Virus record (IMG/VR): IMGVR_UViG_2061766007_001796
Length of the DNA stretch: 17,244 nucleotides
From: an uncultured virus (IMG/VR IMGVR_UViG_2061766007_001796)
Lineage: Duplodnaviria; Heunggongvirae; Uroviricota; Caudoviricetes
Reading direction: 5' to 3' (one strand)
Position 1 is the stretch's first letter. Each line of letters starts with the position of its first letter. A program made the translations under genes and the position numbers. Positions 10,058 through 17,244 of this stretch are shown in pieces. The notes beneath the pieces were generated by a model, which had not been told where the DNA came from, searched no databases, and saw only the letters and a list, made by a program, of their open reading frames with translations.

Positions 10058-10071
10058 TGATACCTTCCATA

Positions 10072-10112
10072 TCACCTAGTAGTATGGCTAGTGCAACTCT
10101 AGCAAGGTGACC
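10072..10112 (+). ncRNA. tRNA-like minihelix (acceptor-like stem plus T-arm) in intergenic region
   Basis: TCACCT 10072-10077 pairs with AGGTGA 10105-10110. GCTAG-TGCAACT-CTAGC 10087-10103 gives a 5-bp stem with a 7-nt T-loop-like loop. No D arm or anticodon arm. Confidence 0.4.
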
Positions 10113-10124
10113 GAGGAGGCAAGT

Positions 10125-10757
10125 ATGAAATTATCCGAACTAGCATATCGAGCAATTAAAAATGTTATTTACTATGAAGACGCTGGCTTTACATACGAAG
10201 CCTTCATGGGAAAAGATTTCGATACAGACCAAGATTATTCTAATAATATTAACAATGTGATGGAACCTATCAACGAAGCAATCCATAGACTAAGCGATAG
10301 GGAAAAAATTATGTTCCAAGTTGCGTCCGCTGGTGTCCCTAGCAACAATTTAGTGGACATTTCAGTATTCGCAAATAAGGTTAAAACAATCAAGGCTGTA
10401 TTTTATATTACTCACAACGGCTATGAAAGTGTAGGTTATAAAGAATATAGCAAAGGCTTTGTCTTTGTTGAAAGGCTTTTAAAGAAACCTCTTTTTATTC
10501 AATATGTAGAAGACATTAAAGCGTTTAAAAAAGAGGACATCTATGACGAAGAGAAGGATGTTGAACTAGAGACATTGGGTCTTAATGACACAATGTGCAG
10601 TTACATCGTTGAATACGCTCAAGGCAAACTTCTTGAGCCTATTTCTCCAAACCTTGCTAATATGCACATTACAAGAGCCGAGCAATACTTTGACGATTTA
10701 GAACCACAAAGCATGGTTTTTACCCAACAAGTAATCACTCGAAAGTTTAGGATTTAA
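10125..10757 (+). CDS. Putative head-tail adaptor/connector protein (210 aa)
   Basis: SD GAGGAGG 10113-10119 favours ATG 10125 over the GTG at 10107. Helix-beta-helix layout (INEAIHRL ... IVEYAQGKLL ... AEQYF), size, and position between capsid and nozzle genes fit podovirus adaptors. Confidence 0.6.
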   Translation: MKLSELAYRAIKNVIYYEDAGFTYEAFMGKDFDTDQDYSNNINNVMEPINEAIHRLSDREKIMFQVASAGVPSNNLVDISVFANKVKTIKAVFYITHNGYESVGYKEYSKGFVFVERLLKKPLFIQYVEDIKAFKKEDIYDEEKDVELETLGLNDTMCSYIVEYAQGKLLEPISPNLANMHITRAEQYFDDLEPQSMVFTQQVITRKFRI

Positions 10758-10759
10758 TT

Positions 10760-11605
10760 ATGGCTAAAAGAAGTGCTTTTAAACATTACTCATTAAATGT
10801 AGAAAAAAGACAACAAGTCGCAACAAAGAACTTTTTAGGTGTCGACTATACTACTCAGAAGTTTTTAGTGGCTAACGGTAGAGCAATCGACCTTAAAAAC
10901 TATGTTTTTCGTGATGGCTATGTCCAAAACAGACATGGTATTGAAGAGTTAATGAGTGTTAGGACGTTTGAATATATCCCTGCTGATTTTTCCACGCCTA
11001 CTCAAGCACTTGTGCAAGAAATCCACTCCAACGAAAACGAAAAACAAATCAATAGGATTTGGGCGTTTGAGGCTGAAGACAATAATCTTCACATCGTTGC
11101 GCACATAGGCAAACTTCTTTACGAAGTAAAAAACATTGATAATGATAATATTAGTGTGACGCCAATCACAACTGGAACCGCCACTGTTAATGGTGAAACT
11201 CATTATTTAGCCTTTGAGTTTGAAAATTATAAGTCCTATGCCTTTGTAGGAGGCAAAAAGTTGTGGTTCTTAGGTGGCAATAAATATATGTGCTTAAGAT
11301 TTTTGTCTAACGGCACAACCTCTTTGTTTGCGGTTGAAGATAGCCCAAGAACACCAATCCCAACCACAACAATTTCTATTACATATAGAAACTCTATTAT
11401 CAGTAAAAGAACAAGTTTAGACAATGTTAATCTTATGACCAAATGGAGATTTAACAAACTTATTACTGGTACAACAAAAGCCGAAGATGGCGAAAATCAA
11501 ACAATTTTTTATGAATACACACTTGACGCACCATTAGTCACTAGAAGCGCGAAAGACATGAATGACGTTTATGTGCTACTCGAAGAGAGAGGAGAAACAG
11601 AATAA
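10760..11605 (+). CDS. N-terminal part of tail nozzle / stabilisation (P22 gp10, T7 gp12-like) protein, 281 aa
   Basis: Opening motif NFLGVDY...RAIDLKNY...GYVQNRHG, beta-propeller-like strands (IVAHIGKLLY, KLWFLGGNKY) and PTTTISI...NVNLMT. This is too short for a whole nozzle. Confidence 0.6.
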   Translation: MAKRSAFKHYSLNVEKRQQVATKNFLGVDYTTQKFLVANGRAIDLKNYVFRDGYVQNRHGIEELMSVRTFEYIPADFSTPTQALVQEIHSNENEKQINRIWAFEAEDNNLHIVAHIGKLLYEVKNIDNDNISVTPITTGTATVNGETHYLAFEFENYKSYAFVGGKKLWFLGGNKYMCLRFLSNGTTSLFAVEDSPRTPIPTTTISITYRNSIISKRTSLDNVNLMTKWRFNKLITGTTKAEDGENQTIFYEYTLDAPLVTRSAKDMNDVYVLLEERGETE

Positions 11606-14600
11606 TGGCATATAACTTTGTAGTTGATTATGAGTATTTTTCCACAACGAGTGACGAAGAACCACTTTTTTATCGTCAGCACAGCAATATGTTGATGGTT
11701 TCTGATTATACCTCTTCATCGTCTGGCGCTTCAATAACCGTTGGTTCAGTAACTTATCCTTTATATTCTAGTGTATACCCAGTAAACCCACCAGAAGACT
11801 TTGATACACAAATCTTGTATGAAGAGGGTTTTGTTATTACAAAGAGTGGCTTAATTTTCACTGATTATGCACCTTATTTCGTTTACGCTGGTGGTGGCGT
11901 GCCAGTTTTTGATGACACAAATCACTTTGTTTATTATCCGATGAACGTGATTAGTGGCAATAATCTTGACGCAAGTCCACTGTATATGGCTTTTAGAGGA
12001 TGGGTAAAGTTAGGGCGATATTATTTGTTGCCAAACCGCACTAGAGAATATAGAGAAGCGTTTTTCCCAGTTTTTGAAGAACGAGATAGAACCGTTAACT
12101 ACTATACTTGGAGCAATGCTACCGTCGTTCCTAACAAACAACCTTATGAGCAATTTAGTGGAACAGTTGGAGTTACATCCACGAAAAACTCAAGAACATA
12201 TAACAGTTTGGCTATTAGTTCACTTTCAAGCGTTGATACAAATATGACATATACTTTTGCTAATAAGTATTATACAACCGCTGGTGTAAAAACTATTTAC
12301 ACCTTTACAAGAGACAGTAATGCTAACACAAATGGTAAATATCCAATTACAGTTACAATAGACGATTGGGCAAACAAAACATACACAATTGAGCAAAAGT
12401 CTGGTGTTGATTATTCACTTTATACTGGCAAAGAAGTAGATAATGGCTTTTTGAACGCTTTTCAAGTCAAACTTGTTAAGTCAAATAATTTTGGTTCTGA
12501 AACATCCTACCCAAAAACTTCTTTAGAGTTATCAAAAATGTCAAAGACAGTTATTAGCGAAAGTGACGCTAATTTTACATTTGACTATGATATTAGCGAT
12601 GTTACCGAAACTTCGGTTACTTCGGTTAGCAAAACTATTACTTCTTATCATAAATTGAAAACTGGTGCTGGCAAGTTTGCTAACGTCACTAGAAAAGTAT
12701 CTTACGCTTTAGGCGACGTTATTAGCGCTAGTGTAGATTTTTCGACAATGGGTTCTTTAACTTATGACGACGATACGGTTATTTCTTTAGCGGATGTCAC
12801 AATCAATTCGCAAAGTAAAAATGCAACTTATGGTAATGACGATACTGCCTTAGCGCTTCCTCACACAGTTGGCATTGATACACCAGATAATTTTACTATT
12901 CATTATGCAATGAACCTTGATTACTTTGGTTCTTTATCTTTCGACGACCTTTGTAACACTGAAGCAAGCGCTCAGATTGGTAGCGTTGTATTAGAAGATA
13001 CTAAATCAGTCTTTTACCCAGACGAACAATTTGCCTTTGGGTCTGACGCTAAAATTAAGATTTACAACGAAGAAAATGTGCTTGTTAAAACCATTAACTC
13101 AAGTGACTTTAACTTATATATTTCTAATGTTGACGCTAGATACAATCAGTTAGCGGGCAATTACCTTGCTGGCAACGAGGACAAGGTTTTAGAGTTAACT
13201 TTTGAATGTTATGGTGTGACATTAACACAATATGTAGCCATTAACTACACAACTGGTAGTTTTGTTGTTGATAATTCGACTTTTGAAAGAAGTTATATTT
13301 TTGACCCAGAAGACGAAAACTTTGAGTTTGATTATACTGGCTTAACTCTTGTTATTACTAAACACGTTAAAACCGTTAGTGGAGATACCGCTAGCGATGT
13401 TACAAGCACCGAAACATTATTTCCATCCAATTTAACAATTAGCACTGACCCCGCTACCTTAGATTTACAAAACGGTAGATATTATGCAACCTCATTTTCA
13501 TACTCTTATAGAGGTCAAACATTTTCAACATCCACCAACATTTGGGCAGAACCTTTAGCCATCGAAAACGTTGTCGTTAGTGGTAGTGGCAACTCCATCA
13601 AGTATTATGACAATGGCGTTGATGTTTTTAAAAAGCCTACTGACCTTACATTTACGGTGATTTATAATGACCCAACATATAATGTTGATTTAGATAGCGA
13701 CGACGTAGATTACTATCGTGACGAAAACTTCACACAAGCAATTGCGGTTGGTGATAGCATTGATAAAACTAACGTTGATTATGTTAATAACTCATACAGG
13801 ATTTATTTTTTCTCAAGCACTTATGGAGTAGGTGGATATTACGCTATCACATTCGTTGTTGACAAAATTACCTCTATTGCACTTCAAAGTGCTATCAATG
13901 TTTACTATGGTAGTTATTTAAAAGACGCAAAAAGCCAAATCACATTTGATTGCACGCACGAAAGTGGCAACGTTACAACTTTAAGTGACCCAAACGCTTA
14001 TTCGTTTGTCAATACAAGTTTAATTATGCCAGACGCAAGCGACAATCCACCAAGTGGCAATATCCAAGTAAACATTCCTAGCGAAGATAATTCTCCTTTT
14101 GGTATTACAAATACTGCTACGAAAGTTAACTGGGTTAAGCCTTATGGCAAAATGGTGGTTAATTCCGCTAATTTCCAAACAGCGTATAACAACGGAGTTG
14201 ATAAGGTTAATCCTGCAACTATTACCGCAAAAATTGAATATTACAAGGACGCTTTATTTACCCAAAAAGTCACATTTGAGCAAGCGCTTACTTACTCAAG
14301 CACAAGCACAAACGCGTATGACAAGTTCACTGCTTCTGGTAGTGGAATATTGTCTGGTTACACATTCAATACACTTTTAAACGTCTCAATGGCTGGAGAA
14401 GCAGAACAAAGTGGTGCAGTTGTTTTAACTGCAAACAACCAATTCTATAATGCTCAAGACACAACACCTCGCGCTCAAACCATTAACAATGGTTTAGGCG
14501 TGCCAGTCACCGTTTTAGAAATCTTAAACATTACTGGTATTAAGTTGCTTAATGTTAAAAGAGAATATTTGCTCGGTCAAACATTCCTTGATAGCACCGA

Positions 14601-16920
14601 CGATACTCGTATTAAGATTTTCTACAAAGATAGCAATGACCACACTCAAACATTTGAGTGCAATTTAAGAGATGGTTTAACTGGTCTTAATGTTTATCCA
14701 TTCCAAGGCACTCCACTTAACCAAGTTGTCGACGGAAAAGAAGTAGTAGTTACCAGCGCTAGCGACTACAACGTTAGTGTTAGATACACAATTGATGTCA
14801 AACCAGACTTTATTTATAAAGAAAGAGAGACACATAGATTAGTAGCACTTTACTACACTCATGTTTGTCCAGACGGCATTGAAAGAACCAAATACTTCCT
14901 TGTTGGTGACACTGTCGAATTAAACGGTGAAACAGTAGAAACAACGGTAGCCACCTCTAGTGGTCGTGTTCTAAATAGCAATGTACACGAAAGTGATTTA
15001 GTTTTCTATGGTTATTTAGACGATGTAAACGACACAAGCGCTAGCGCAAAAGTAGTGCTATTCAAAGATTACGTTCCACCAGTTGAAGGTTCTAATAACG
15101 TTACTGTTAAGTTCCCTTGTTATAAGCAAGGCAATGCCGATTTAATTAACAAATGTCACTTTGGCATTATGTTTGGCAACAACAATTCAAAGAATAGATT
15201 ATTCGTCAGTGGTAACGCTGATTATAAAAATAAAGACTGGCACACTGGTCAAGTCGATAGTTCNNNNNNNNNNAGAAGGTTCTAATAACGTTACTGTTAA
15301 GTTCCCTTGCTACAAGCAAGGTAATGCTGATTTAATCAACAAATGCCACTTTGGTATTATGTTCGGCAACAATAATTCAAAGAATAGATTATTCGTCAGT
15401 GGCAACGCTGATTATAAAAATAAAGACTGGCACACTGGTCAAGTCGATAGTTCTCAAACAGACGACACCACAATGCTCAACGGCAATTACGGTTACTTTG
15501 AAGACTTATCTGAATGTGTATATGGTGAAACTGATAATGCCGTCATTGGTTATGACATCGTGTCTAACGACAAATTGTTAGTTCTTAAAAACCACTCTGA
15601 TAAAGAAACAACGGTCTATTTCAGACAGCCTCAATTAGTGACCGCTATTAACAATAGTGGGACTGCTGTGACTGGTCTTGACGATGAAACACTTTATCAA
15701 GAAGAGTTTAGCCTTTCTAAGGGCAATAATAGTGTGGCTGGTGTAAATCCATTTGCCGTTGCTAATTTCAACGGAGATAGCCTATTTATCAGCAGTGATA
15801 ACCAAATTGTTGGTTTAGACTTAACTGGTATTATTGGCGACAACCAAAGATACGCAAATACACGCTCGTATTTCATTGACGCTGACTTAAAGAACTACGA
15901 CTTAAGCAAAGCGTTCTTATGGACAAATAATAAATACTTATTTGTGGTTCTTAAGGAAAAAATCTATGTCGCTTATTATGAAATGAAGAATGAAAACCAA
16001 TATGAATGGTTTGTCTTAGATGTAGCGAATGTATCTAGTATTTTAGAACTCGATGGTACTATCTACTTCGGCACTTATGATGGCGAGATTTATCACTTTA
16101 CCAAAAACGAGTTTGAAGACGCCAAAAAAGTCTTCGTTGGTTATGGTATTACTAGATTAACCATCAATGACGAAACGGAAATCCTAACTGCTTCAGACTA
16201 TTTGGCTGACATTAACACTAATAAAAAGCATTATTTCAGACCAATTCCTATTGAAAATGCTACTGATGGTGGCTATGTCTATTATTCTTTAGGCACAGTA
16301 GTCAATAACTCTTCTACTGATACGGATTTCTATATTGATAACGCTGATACCCGTAATGTCATTGAACTCGTTGCTAAAGTTAATGGCAAAACAGACTTTA
16401 CTAGACTTGATTTGTTGCTCAAGCGCATTAAAGAAAACGTCCCAGTGTTCTTTAATAGGATTTATAACTCAGTCGCTGACATCGAATGCGCTGAAAACTC
16501 TAGTTTAGCAAACGCTTGGGGCTATCCATATTTCTTAAAAGAATATGATGGCGAAGACGCAACCCGCCACTTATATCAAGTATTTGACGAAAACGGCAAT
16601 CTTGTGCCTATTAGAGAACTCTATCGTGCACGACTTTGTATGAGGGTTACTGAAGATACTGAAATGACTGAAATTGACGTTGAAAACGGCACTTTCAAAC
16701 TTATTGCTGACGGAGAGGTGTTAGACATCGTCCAATATAATTCTCAACTTTTAAACGCCTTTAAAGGCGAAATTGTTGAATATAGTGATGTCGAAGCGTT
16801 TTACATTACTAAACCATATCTCAGTGAAAATCTTGAGCAATCAAAAACGATTTGGTCATTTACACTAACTAATGACACTAATGTGCCTAGCGAACTCGAA
16901 CTTTGCTACGCTACTAACAA
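11605..16920 (+). CDS. Large virion protein (>1700 aa, 3' truncated): N-terminal domain, tandem Ig-like repeats, then C-terminal part of the nozzle beta-propeller
   Basis: TAATG overlap with the upstream gene and AGGAG SD. Open 11605-15263, continuing through an overlapping allele 15274-16920. Thr/Ser/Tyr-rich beta repeats, then NRLFVSGN, YFED, KLLVLK, DSLFIS, RSYFID, QYEWF and IYFGTYDGEIY blade motifs. Confidence 0.75.
12976..14810 (+). repeat. About 6 degenerate protein-level Ig-like repeats (Big_3-like), about 95-125 aa each
   Basis: Repeat starts at about 12976 (IGSVVLEDTKSVFYPDEQF), 13261 (FVVDNSTFERSY...FDYTGLTLV), 13561 (IENVVV...KYY...TDLTFTVIYND), 13867 (ITSIAL...VYYG), 14152 (MVVNSANFQTAY) and 14530 (ITGIKLLNVKREYLLGQTF). 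Confidence 0.55.
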
Positions 16921-17244
16921 NNNNNNNNNNGCGTCCCAGTGTTCTTTAATAGGATTTATAACTCAGTTGCTGACATCGAATGTGCTGAAAACTCCAGTTT
17001 AGCGAATGCTTGGGGTTATCCATATTTCTTAAAAGAATACGATGGCGAAGACGCAACCCGCCACTTATATCAAGTATTTGACGAAAACGGNNNNNNNNNN
17101 CGAATATAGTGATGTCGAAGCGTTCTACATTACTAAACCATATCTCAGCGAAAATCTTGAACAATCAAAAACGATTTGGTCGTTTACACTAACCAATGAC
17201 ACTAATGTGCCTAGCGAACTCGAACTTTGCTACGCTACTAACAA

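Larger units (their letters stand above)
591..17244. other. Scaffolding artefact: N-gap-separated overlapping strain-variant fragments
   Basis: Examples: 1756-1887, 1898-1999, 2410-2460, 2538-2594, 2605-2655, 3288-3602, 4363-4465, 5442-5646, 7184-7405, 9271-9512, 15274-15453, 16931-17090 and 17101-17244 each duplicate neighbouring sequence with mostly synonymous SNPs and border an N run. Confidence 0.92.

Noticed and set aside
10072..10112. A bona fide tRNA gene
   Set aside because: Only about 40 nt, with no D arm or anticodon arm and no CCA. It is kept only as a tRNA-like element.
391..16920. Stop-codon reassignment (alternative genetic code)
   Set aside because: Long ORFs are open in code 11, and TAA, TAG and TGA all end genes at sensible boundaries.
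577..17164. Minus-strand and alternate-frame ORFs (e.g. 1273-1605, 6484-6822, 6675-6944, 6112-6510, 14099-14380)
   Set aside because: They are shadows of well-supported + strand genes, with biased composition and no recognisable motifs.
1756..17244. Near-identical duplicated segments as DGR template/variable repeats or real tandem duplications
   Set aside because: Mismatches are mostly synonymous third-position changes (largely C/T), not adenine-specific. Every copy borders an N run, and no reverse transcriptase is present.

Overview
The window is the DNA-packaging, head and short-tail module of a low-GC tailed dsDNA phage (Caudoviricetes). It is probably podovirus-like, and the host is probably Bacillota. 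All genes are on the + strand, in this order: palindrome-rich noncoding left end, putative TerS, TerL, a 94-aa ORF, P22-like portal, acidic scaffold, N4-gp56-type major capsid protein with a fused C-terminal Ig-like domain, a 68-aa conserved protein, a putative head-tail adaptor, and a tail nozzle/stabilisation-type protein that appears split over two genes. The second of those genes (>1700 aa, truncated) begins with about 1150 extra residues containing tandem Ig-like repeats. The scaffold is a metagenomic mosaic: N-gaps separate overlapping, sometimes misordered fragments from at least three near-identical haplotypes. I rejoined most genes by eye into in-frame products (TerL about 610 aa, portal 699 aa or more, scaffold about 272 aa, MCP about 445 aa). 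The most interesting signals are the split, Ig-array-bearing nozzle and a set of intergenic RNA structures. These include three hairpins with ATAGCG loops at exact 28-nt spacing before the scaffold gene, an anti-SD switch before the capsid gene, and a tRNA-like minihelix before the adaptor gene. All family assignments come from motif recall and synteny, not database searches.
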